64,000 nucleotides of DNA from Lama glama (lineage: Eukaryota). The stretch covers positions 5,024,001 through 5,088,000 of the forward strand of contig CM052816.1 in NCBI GenBank assembly GCA_028534125.1, given 5' to 3'. The notes under the pieces were generated by a model. That model did no database searches. It had not been told where the DNA came from and worked only from the letters and a program-made list of their open reading frames with translations. The position numbers were made by a program, and so were the translations under genes. Below, in pieces: positions 23,626 to 35,800 of this stretch; the stretch's first letter is position 1, and each line of letters opens with the position of its first letter.

Positions 23626-23835
23626 TCACTTTCCCCAAGTCTGTATGTCCGAGTGCTGGCTTGTCCATTTAGCATCTTCCCGGATGGGCTGGCCAGTAGG
23701 TGGTGTGGGGGGTTGACTGATCACGGTGGCGGGCCTGCTGGAAGACTGGGAGGGGCACCGCTTCCGGCCCTCACCACTGCCACCTCCTGCTGCCACTGGG
23801 TGTCGCTTGTGGTTGCCCTCCTCACCCATGGGGGG
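23626..23835 (-). CDS. LARP1: LARP1 last coding exon ([12 protein letters not shown]...[13 protein letters not shown])
   Basis: gttacAG acceptor; TGA stop; matches ORF 23626..23829. Confidence 0.94.
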   Translation of the reverse strand, partial: PPMGEEGNHKRHPVAAGGGSGEGRKRCPSQSSSRPATVISQPPTPPTGQPIREDAKWTSQHSDIQTWGK

Positions 23836-26800
23836 CTGTAACAGAGGAGGGAGTCATGGGTGATTAGGGAGCACTACCCACACCCCCTTCCTTGACAGGA
23901 CTGTCTAGAAACCCCCTACTTCCTAGCTCCGAGTGCAGATAATGACTAGGTTTATAACCCTACAAACCAGTTACCAGTTTTATTAAGCACATCTCCAGGT
24001 CAAGATGCCAAACCTCATGCTGATATATCTACATTCTCTCATAGGGTCTACACCACCCTTTGATGTAGACAAGATCATCTGATTTCACAGAGGAGGAAAG
24101 TGAAACATACAAAAATAATCTGCCTGGGGCCACTGAGCTTGTGAGTGGTGAAGACAAAATTTAAGCCAGGTCCATCTACCTCTGAAGCCCAGGACTTAAT
24201 CCCTATGAGTTTCTCCTCCCCTTCTAAGAAGGGGCGTTGCTGCTCAGGAGATGATACATGGAATGTGACAGGCAACATGCTGGGACGCCCCAGCTCAGAA
24301 GGCCCAGATGCTCTTGGGAACTGCCTCATCCCACTCAAGGGATCCCCTAAAAAGGACACTATCTTAAGAATAGCCTAGGATTCAGTCTAGCTTCACCAAT
24401 GCCAAAGGTCTGAGGATGCTTCCTCCCCTTGCTGGGCGCCACTGCTGAGCCCTTCTTGTTCTACCCCCAGTAAGTCTTCCTATGACAAGGCTTCTCTGTA
24501 TGTGTGCCCTGCTGCAGGCCCCCAAAGGAGAAAATCCTTCAGGATGGTGGACAACAGACCCATCTTTCTATCAGGAGGCCTGAGCAGCACTGCCACTATC
24601 CCACTGGGTGGCCACAGGCTTCAGTTCATCCACTGCTATAGTGATGGTAACAATAAACCCTGTCTGCTTCACATTTTAAAGGTTAAATGAGATCAATGTA
24701 AAGTGCCTAGCACAGTGCCTGACACATAATAAACTCAATGTCAATTTTTTAAATACATGTAAGGACTATCATTTACTTCTATTTGCCCTTTGGCTAAAAG
24801 GTTTCATGGAACTAAGATGGCTGGCATCTCCCTACTACATTATAAACTCTTTGATGGAAAAGTCCCCAAAGCACCTAGCACAAAAAACCAGTAGCAATAA
24901 CCCTGATCCACCACTGGATGTCACTGTTGAGTTGCTGCTCCAAGAAGAGGTAGGTAGAGGGAAGAATTGGACATAAATACTTCTGGGGTTGAAACTGAAC
25001 TCCCCCAGAAAGAGTAAAGACATTTACCTTGGGTACTCATCTTGATCTTCTAACTAGGGCACAGCAGCAAGGAGGATGTGAGGTAGGAGGGGAAGAGCAT
25101 CATGATGGTTTAGCCACATTCACCATGGGAAAGGGAGGGAGGAGCTACCATACATCTTCCAACTAGCCTTCACTGCCCACTTACCACCCTCTATTTCACA
25201 CAGAAACGGAGGCCCAAATGGGGGCGGGAAGTATCCCTGGGCTAGTGGCACCAAGACCCAGGTATCCTGATCTCTGGTCTAGTTTTTTTTCCAGGACAAC
25301 CAGGGTGGGAAAGATGAGAGACTTCCACTCACATCCACTCGGAAGTCTTCGAGACGTCGGAATTTGCCGAGGTATTCTTGAAGTTTGGGGTCAATGTCCA
25401 AATTTTTGGCTTTGGAATATTTCAAGAAGGCCCAGAATTTCTCCAGCCCATAGAGTTGGCCTGCAGGAAAAGAGGAGAGACAGGTAGAGAGAAGCTCTGC
25501 TGCAAAGCTGAGTAGAGAGGCCCAGAGGACAGAGAGGTGTGATGTGATACGGACAAGCCCAGGCTTCTCAGAGGAGCTGGGGGCCGAAAAAGAAGACCTA
25601 GATGACCAGGGCTCACAGAGCCCCAACTCTGACTCTTACCAGCTTCGTAGTCCTTCACAGTTTCCTCCTGAAAGTCCTTGAATATGTCCAGCCGGAACTT
25701 CTTTTCCAGGCCGTAACTGTAGTATCGAAAAAGGCACTCCAAACCATATCTGTAGGAGAACACAAGTCAGCGAAATCAGAACACAATTTACCTGTAAAAC
25801 AGGAAATACACCTGGATGACAGATGACCTATGAAACAGTTTCAACACATAGTTTATTAAAAAATGGTATGAAAGTGTAAGCCTTTGAGAAGGCTAATATC
25901 TAAAGCTAGCTTATATGGGTCCAGAATTCAGTGTTTGCCAAAAGTCAGTAAACATAGGTCAAATGAATCACAAACAGCCCCCTGCCCACACCCACGTGCT
26001 GACAGAGCACCACTCACTGCTTTCTGCTACGAGAGCAGAGTTTGAGTAGCTACGACAGAGACCTTAATGTCCCAACAAGCCTAAAATTGTTGTCTGCCCC
26101 TTATGATAAGTTTGCCAATCCCTGGCATGAGGAAAGCCATTTGACCATGCCAATTAGTAGGTTTTTTCTGACTCAAAATTTCACTTCTAAGAACATATAC
26201 CAGAGAAACAACCAAAAATGTAAATTTAGATTTTACAGACATACAAAAAATTGTTCATGATAGTATTATTAAATGAAATTTAAATGTCTGAGGGAAGCAA
26301 TTAAGAAAAAATCATGGTAACTTCATACAATAGAATAATAAAACCTATTAAAAAATAAATATATACTGATGAGATATAATGAGAGATGTTTATAGTATGT
26401 TATAAACTAGAAGTTATGTTTCAAAGTGTTATATGTAGAATGAGTCCATTTTTGTGGGAAAAAAAAGTAAAGCGTGTAATAACTTCTGTAAGGAGGCAAA
26501 AAGGTTAAATGTTTTAATAAAATGGAAAAATGTTTATGCTTAAAAATGATAAATAAGACACAAAAAGGCACTCATTGCATCATTCAAATATATTAAATAC
26601 GGTAGAACATTAACACTGGCTGTCTCAAGACTGAAGGGTGTTTTCCCGTAACTTCTTTAAACATTTCTGTCCTTTTCAAACTGCTTTTAGAGGTAACATT
26701 TTACTTTGGGGAAAAAAGTGCCTTTTTAAGTTTTGTTTTTTTAAAATAGCAAAATATTGAAAGCAGCCAAAGTATCTATTAATAGGAGACTTGTTAAATA

Positions 26801-29800
26801 AATTACAGTGTAAGACCATACATTGTATATAGTTCAAAGCCATAGAAAAGAACAAGGAAAGTTATTTATATATGGAAATGGAATGATCTCTAAAATATAG
26901 CATTAAGTGAAAAAGCAAAGGTGCAAAATAGTATCTAATAGAGGCCATCTTTTGTGCAAACAAAACAGGGGGTGTGGTGTGGTGTAGGAGACTACATAGA
27001 TATGTCCTTACTTACATAATAAGCAACGTACTTTTAAAAAGGACCCACAAGATTCTAACAATACTGGTTGCCTGAGGGGAAAGGAACTAAATGGCTGGGG
27101 AACTGGGATGAGGAGACTTCTCACTATATAACTTCCGACCTCTTTGAACCTTGAACCATATGAATATATTAGTCATTCAAAAGCAATAAATTTTTTCACA
27201 AAGTAAATGAAATATATGTACAATAGGTTTCCAAATACAGTTCTGGAAGCAGACCCAACCAGGACCCCTCACTATTCCCCAAGCACCAGCGGGAGACTCC
27301 ACCCCAATCCCACTCACCTGTAGCCTTCTTTGGCATCCTCCAGAGCCAGCTGCTTGAACTCCTCATACATCTTTTTGTTGAAGTGATCTCGGAGGAAGAA
27401 GGACCAGAAGCGGAAGAGAGTGTTCATCTCCTGAGACTGGCCAATGCCCAAGCGTTTCCGTTCTGATGGGGGAGAAAGGAGTAAAGACGTACGTTAGGCC
27501 CAGGCTCCCTGTGCTCTGGGGGAGAGCTGATCCTGAGGCTCAAGGACCTAGGTCTTTTCTTCTCCCGATTTACTGGCTTATCACTTGCCTCTTTAGTCTT
27601 TGCAGAGGTATTTATCGAGCCTAACTACCTCTGTGTCAGGCCCTGCTGCCTGGCACTGGGCCTGAGTCACCCCAGAAATAGGTGGCATCAGCTTCTGAAA
27701 CCAGGTCATCTTAGCTCTCTACTTCTAACGTTACTGCTTTCAAGTGTAGTTAGAACAAGGAAAATTACAAACAAATAATCTGTGCATTCCAACGAATTAT
27801 ATTCCGCTATATTACCAAGAATGATTTCAGTAGTCCTACAATATTAGTAAGTCCAAAATAGTTCCATTAAAAAATACTATAATACCAAAGTACAAGAAAC
27901 ACAAGAAAAAATACATTAATTTGATATCATTAAAAAAATGAAGAATCTTTGTGCTTCAAAGGACATGATCAACCTGGTGAAAGAACAACCCACAGAATGA
28001 GAATAAACATTTGCAAGTTATACTATCTGATAGGGACCTGTATTCCGGATATATAAAAATATTACAACTCTATAAGGAAGGATCTGAATAGACATTTCTT
28101 TGAAGAAAATATACAAATGGCCAATAAGCACAAGGAAAAAAACGCTCAACATTATTAGCTACCAGGGAAACACAAATCAAAACCATAAAAAGATTTCACT
28201 TCACACCCACAAAGATAGCTATACTCAAAACACAAACTATAATGAGTGTTGAGAGGATGCAGAGAAATCAGAGCCCTCATACACTGCGGTTAGGAATATA
28301 AAATGGTGCTGCCAGTTTGGAAAAGTCTTACAGTTCCTTAAAAGTTTACACAGAATCACCCTATATGACCCAGGATCCCATTCCATGAAGATAAAGAAAA
28401 CCTAAATGTCCACACGAAAACGTGTACAAGAATGTTCACAGCAGTTTTTTATTCATGATAAACAAAAAGTAAAAACCCAAAATGTCCATCAACTGATGAA
28501 TGGATAAACAAAATGTGGTATATCCATATAGTGGAATGTAACTTGATAATAAAAAGGAACTGACACATGGTACAACATAAATGAACCTTGAAATTATTAT
28601 GCTAAGGGAAAGCACCAGTCAGAAAGGACCACATATTGTATGAGTTCATTTACATGAGAAGTCCAGAATATGCAATTCCATAGAAACAGAGAGTAGACTT
28701 ATGTATGGCTGCATAGACCTGGGAGGAACTGGGGTGAGGGAGAGATGGAAAGTGACTAGGAAAGGGCACAGGGTTTATTTTTAAGGTAATGAAAATGTTC
28801 TGAAACGGATTCTGGTGATGGATGTACAACTCTTGAATGTACTGAAAGCCACAGCATTGTACACTTTAAATGAATGAACTGTATGGTATGTGAATTATAT
28901 CTCAATAAAGCTATTACACACACACACACAAAGATGGAAGCAGATTAACCAAGCATTTAGAAGCCGTATGTTGCTGAATAAACGGGGGCTGAAGTGGCTT
29001 AACAACTTTAATTTAAGTGAGCATTAAGATCGATCGCGTATCTTTAGAGACAACTGACAGAAGCCTGCAGTTAAAAGACACCTCCTTTTGTGATAAAAAG
29101 AAACACGTGAGAGCATCCAGAGGTTCTCTCCTTACACTCTCATCTAGAGCAGGGGTCAGCAATCTTTTTCTATAAGGAGCTGGAGAATAAATATTTTAGG
29201 CTTTGCAGGTCACATATGGTCTCTGACATAAATCCTCCCCTTCCCCACACAATCACTTAAAATAAATGTAAAAAACTGTTCTTAGCTCCAGGGCTGTACA
29301 AAAATAGGCTGCTGGCTGGATTTGGTCCATAAGCCATCGTTAGGCAACCCCTATTTATAGAATATATGCTGCCTCATGCATACCCTTTTGTGACGGACAG
29401 AGGACCACACTGGACAATGGGTAAGTCGGCGGTCTTGCCACAAACAGGAAAACTCTTGATAATTTTTATACCAATAGAGAAAGATCAAGGAACAGGAATG
29501 TTCTAAGCACCAGATTCTTTTCACCTCCTATACTCTAAAACTACCAGGTCTGAGTCTAACTTCAATCCTTCCTGCTGTAATGTCAAGTCACTTCTTGCTC
29601 TGAGGTTAGCGAAAACAGCTATCCGCTCCACCACCCCTCACAGTGGATCCGAGTAGGGCCCCAGGAAGCTCAGCCCTCTCCCTCTACGCTTCTTACCGTT
29701 AAGGCAGCGCCTACGATACTTGTGGTAGACGTGTTGTGTGAAGCCATTTTCCTTGAGCAGCTCATGGGAAGGATGTTGAAACTTGGGCAGCGACTGAGGG

Positions 29801-32800
29801 GTACAGCCATAGCTGCCAACTGCAGGCGTGCCTTCTGAGGGGCTGGAGCTAGAGAGACCATGAAGAAGACGGTATCAGCAGGGTCCCCAGGGCAGGCAGC
29901 CATCAGGTTAGGTGGGGTTCCTCTGGCCCCTTCCAACAGCCAAGACTCGGCCTCTCATAGTGCAACAGAGACCCAGGTACTGTGCTGGGCACTTAAGTTA
30001 TTATTACATTCATGGGTCTGACTTACTTTTTGCATCAGCCTCTGGATGGTTTTTACCGAGAGGTCACTGGGGCTCACAGAGACTAGGAGTCTCACCCTGG
30101 GTCACACAGGGCTAATATTTAACACCCCAGATCTGTACCCAAACCTGAGCTTTTAGCTGTTTATTTAACCTCCGTTAACATTTAACTTTCCTTATGAGCT
30201 ATAATGGGTTAATGCATCTATATTTTTCTTAAAACCATGCCTATCTTTGCAGGGAGTAGAGTGCATAGGTCAGTGGCTCTCAAACCTTGCTCTGGAACAT
30301 GGAACCCTGGGGCAATTTTTCTGAAGATAAATAAAAAGGAATCTGGGTCCTAGAAGTCTGTATTTTTATTCAACTCCCTGGCTGTCCTGAGGGAGGCAGC
30401 AGATATCCACTTTTGAAACCAGCCAGCTCCTTTTCTTCCTGAGAGAATGCCATGCAAGCACAACAGCACATCAGAAAACAGCCTTCCTCTTCCTGGAATC
30501 TGCATTAAGTTCTCCAGACTACTCCTGTGTTTTTAGATTTGGATGAAGGTTCTTTCCTTAAATTTTCTCTAATTCGCAGACCAAAGAGCTTCTCTCTTCT
30601 TGGTCCTACAGATGTCATGGCTTTCCGGTCCACCCTGCAGCCAGCCTAACCTCCCCTCTCCAGTGCCCGTACCTGATGGAAGCAGTCCGGGGCCTGTGCT
30701 CACGGGAGTCCATCACCCAGCCCACATGACTTTCCAAGGGCGGGTTCGAGCTGTGTCTTGTCTTCCTTTTCCGAGGCATCTGCAGAGGTCAGTCCAGGAT
30801 TTGTTACTAATGACTCTGAGGAGCATCAAGTACTTGTAGGATGAAGATCTCTTTCTATGTGTGAGTTACCTCAAATTTACAAAGAATTTTCATATCCATT
30901 CTCACACGATGTCCATAACTGTAAGCCAAGAGCTTATTTCACAGGTGAGGAAACTGAGGTTTAGGAGCGATTTGCCCAAGGACCCACACCTGATCCATCC
31001 TCCTTAGGTTTTATTGTGACTACAAGGGGCCACCACTCCCACGCCCAATCCGTCCTGCAGATGTGGTAACTCAATCCTGGGTGGGCCCACCAGCCTAAGA
31101 CTACAAAGCAGGTGTGGGACTTGGCACTTCCTTGGCTCAAACAAGGCAAGGGAGAGAAGAAGAGCCCTGGAATGCAGTAAAGTGTGCCCAAGACTCTTAA
31201 CAGCCCAGAAGGAGCACCTCACCTTAGCATCTAGTGTCCGACCTTCCTTCACCACTGGGTAAAACCGTGAAGTCTGGCTTGAGTCTTTGAGCTGTGGTGT
31301 CCGGGGAGTGCGGGGGGTCCTGGCATTGCGGTAGTTTGGTGACTCTGGGACAGTGGTTGGTAGAGAGCGGGCAATGGTGGAGGGCTCAGGAGCACCAAAC
31401 AGCTTGTTGGCCAGGGCATCAGTGGGAACTGCCAAGACAAAGTGGGGACAGTAAGCAGGGGGTAGGCCTGTGATGGCCTGTCCCTGTAAGGTCCCCATCG
31501 GAGGGCTCCCGACCCTCCCACCCAGGCCAGGGTCCTAGATGTTGCCTCTCACCTTGCTGGAAGCGGGGTGGTCCAGGAGGGACCTCCTGGTTGGGATCCA
31601 CAGGAGGCTCAGGGGTTAGTGTGTCAAACTGCTCCCGACTGATCATGTTGACTTTCTTGAAGTTCTCGACTTCTTGCTGCAGAGAGTATGAGATGGTGGG
31701 GGAAAGATACTGGTAAGAAGACTGTCCTAGCTGTTTAGAAATCAAGACGTACAGGAAATGGAAGACGGCAGCTCCCATGTCCACAAACGTGGAATTCTGG
31801 TCCCCAGGCTCTCGGCTGCCCTATCACCATGCCGCAACCCCAGTTTCCCTGGAGTGAGTGTGCTAACCCAGAAGGAGTGAGTACTTGCCCAGCCCTCTCC
31901 ACAGCAGCACCGAGACCAGGACTCCAGTTCCCCAGAAGCTTGCTGCAGACTCCCCTCTGACTCTCCTTCTGCAACTCTCTCCTAAACTCCACCGAACACA
32001 CTACTGCTCACTACACAGGCTCACCAAAGGCCAAGCCACCACCACACATATCCACTCCGTAAACATCTACAACCTAAGTTTTGTTTCCAGGAAGCAGTGA
32101 CTTTTTTATTAAAAATATTTTTTTTGTATACACAAACACACACACTGAAGTATAGCTAGTATAGGTAGTATAGATAGTTTACAATGTTGTGTCAATTTCT
32201 GGTGTACAGCACAATGTCCCAGTCATGCATCTACATACATATATTTGTTTTCAAACTTTTTCCATTAAAATTAAAAAATATTGAAAGTAGTTCCCTGTGC
32301 TATATAGCAGAAACTTTATGTTTAAATCTATTTTTATATATAGTGGCTAACATTTGTAAATCTCAAACTCCCAAATTTATCCCTTCCCACCCCCTTTCCC
32401 GGTAACCATAAGAGTGTTTACTATGTCGAAGCAGTGCTTTTTTAAAAGACCTACCTGTTCCCCATCTTCCACACTCAAAGCAAGTTACTTAAAAGGTTTT
32501 TAAATTTTGATACATGCCTAAATATTTAAGAATAAAAATAACAATCTAGGAATAGAAATGACAATTTCATCCTTTCTCTACTCATAAAAGTGCCTAGCCA
32601 ACTTACAACATTAAATGCGAATGCCCAAGACACAACCATCACCTCTCATACAGGCCCAGCTTACAGTGTTTACAGATCTCTTCTCATTCCTAGTGCCTAA
32701 CAGTATCAATCACCACCCCCTTTTATTAGACAAGGATACTGAGGTTCTATGCCCACGGTCACACAGCTTGTCAGCCTTCCTCTTCCTCATGTTACACATA

Positions 32801-35800
32801 CCCTGGGCCCCACTGCCACAGCTACGCTGGAGCCTCACCTTGATCTGGGAATACTCAGGTTCGAACTTCTCAGTCCACAGGTCCTGCTCGTAGTAGAAGA
32901 GCCCGTCATTAATGACCTTGGCCAGCTCAGCGCTCATCTTGGCACGCGAGGTGTGGTTGCCTGTGCGGTCCCCCCCTGGGTGCCGGCGCATATAAGGTGG
33001 CGTCTGGGTGACAATAAGGATCTTGTTGACATCTCGGTCATCAATCTCATAGTCAGAGTCCTCATCAGACCAGGCAGTGAAGGTGTTCTTCCGCCCATCC
33101 ATCTGCTCCATTTCCTCGTCAAACAGGAAATCCAGTTCCTCTTGTTCATCCTGATCCTTGGACATCAGCTGCTGAGAGGGCAGTTGCTGAGGCAGAGTGG
33201 TCGCGTGGAGGAACCTGGGCTCCTCTGACTTCTATAATGGGGGCAGATCAAAGAGAGACGGAATCACCTCAGACTAGGCTCTGTCACTGTCCTAGAGAGA
33301 CAGAAGCCCCAGCCCCTCAACACAAGACTGTTACAACTGTGGCCTGAATAATGCCAGCAAGTCACAACTGTCAGGCCTGGAGTCAGCTTCCCGGGGAAAA
33401 GACATCCCATAGGGCTCCAGGTTTCTCCTCTCACGGATCACATCACAGCCATTCACAATGAAATGGCAAGTTCCCTGTATGTAGGAACTGTGCTCTCATT
33501 TACCTAAATATATATCCCACACAGCACCTGGCCTGGGAGTGGGCGCACAGCCTAACTTCGACAAGTTGATTCATCCATTTATCCAACCTTAATACCCCCC
33601 AACAGACTTGGAAGCTTCATCAGGCAAGAACCACAGCTGCCTTGCCTTCCATCAAATCCTCAGGGCCGGGGACAGACCTCACCCACCTTGGGCCGTGCTG
33701 GGGAGGGCCGAGGCCTTTTCTTCACTTCAATCCAGTTTTCAGAATCCAGGTCAGGGAGGCTGGCAGACAGGCCTTTGGGCAGTGTCTTTAGATTGCTGAC
33801 CTCCTCTGTTTTGGTTGGCACTGGGGTGACCGCACGGGGAGAGCCAGGCGCCGACTCTGAAGGGTGGGAAGAGGAGGTCTTCATTCCTCCAGTCCTCCTC
33901 CTGATGCCAGCCCTGAGGAGGGCTGATGGCGGAGGACAAGGGCAACAGAGAAGCATCCACGTGCTAGCCTACCTGTTTCCTTCTGGTAGTGCTGGCGTGG
34001 CACAAACTCTGGGCAGTTGAGAAGCTGGGAGAAATCGGTCTGGGAATAATCCACTATCGGAGGACCAGGAAGAGGCCATTTCTCCGGCTCCTCCCTCCTA
34101 CGGACTTTCTCATCAACGATCTCCACCACCTTGCTGTCCTTTAGGGCCTGCAATGGGGAGAAGGAGGGAGAGGATGCAGGGGAAAGATGCGGACAGATTG
34201 AGATCTTGGAAGCTGTTGAATGACTGAGTTCCATGAGCTCAGGGATGAGCCCAGAGCTGGCAGGAGTGTAAGAAAACTGGCACCATCTTCCATGATTGGA
34301 GGAGAAGTGAGATGTTCAAACTTTTAGGTACTAACATGAAAAACACCTGTCCTCTGACCCTGTATTCTACTTCCAAGAATCAGCCCCAGAGAAATATCTG
34401 TACAAACAGGTGACAATATGTGTAAGATCTGGATAAAATGCTATCTATAAAAGAAGAAAAATGGAAAACAACCTAACTTGCCACCACATTGCCAATTTAA
34501 ACCAATTATGGCATATCCATTCGATGGAACACTACTCAGGCTCAAAAAGTAGCTTCAAATGCGCTCAGCTGGTAAGAGCCACAAAAAAGTTGGTCTAGGT
34601 CAGTGAGCTTAAGATCCCACCAGTGTTTATTTTTTAAGTAAAAACATACAAATAGACACAAATTTTTCTAGGATCCAGATAAACTGCTATGGATGTTTAT
34701 CTGGGGAAAAGGAAAAATAAAGAGGGGAGGGGCAACTTCTTTTAAAAATCTTTTATATGGAAGAGGAAAATATTTCAACATGTGACAACATACTCTGTTG
34801 GTGAGGCTAGGGAAAAGAGGCACTTACATATTGCTGGTGAGAACACAAAGGCACACATGCTAGAAAGGGAATCAGGCAACACCAAGATTACACATGCATC
34901 TGCCCTTCAGTTCAGCCATCCCACTTCTAGAAATCTACACTGAAGACACACTGGCTGAAATATGAAAAGATACATGTATACCTGTGAACAGGAATGAGGA
35001 CTATCTCTCTGTTACTACCAGCACTATACGGTCAGCTCCCAGACATATTAAGTGAAAGTATAAAAACAGGTGAAGAAACACGTGCTGTAGGTTACCATTC
35101 ATCTAATAAAGGTGAAGTATACAAATACACAGAGATATCTACTTTTTTTTTTTAATGGACGAATTCAAAAAAGGTTGCCTATAGTGAAAGAAAGGGAAAA
35201 AGGTAGAAGCCAGACTTTCATGAATACATCATGCTGACTTTGGAACCATGTACATGTCTTCTATAAATGTAAAACAACAAAGGAATCAGGGGGAAGAAAG
35301 CAATCCCTGAAACCCGAGAGCAAACCAAAACTAACATAACTGAGTTACAGCAAGTTAAAGACACAAGCATGTAAATTAATTCAAATAGCTTGAAAATGTA
35401 GTCATTCTATAAACAGAAAAAAAAATTCAGGAATAGGAAAGGTATTACAAGTATAATGTGTATAAACTGAAGAGTAAGACAAATGAATAATTATGTTAAT
35501 GTCATTAGGAAATGGTATTTTTGGCAGGGGAGAAAATATAGTAGTTATAAATAAAAGATCCTTTGGATCTTGAATTTTAATAAAAAATAGCAGTATAATC
35601 TCATTATATATATAAAGCTTTGGAAACAACAACCAATCAAGTAGCAATAAACACCTCTATATAATTCGAACTGCAGTATCTAAATACCATAAACACCATT
35701 TCCTCAAAACAGAGGACCAAGAGTTCCTTGAAAAAATGGCCAATTCCAGACCTGGGACAGGAAATACACACGATGAACCAGGGTCCCACCAGCCAAAGGT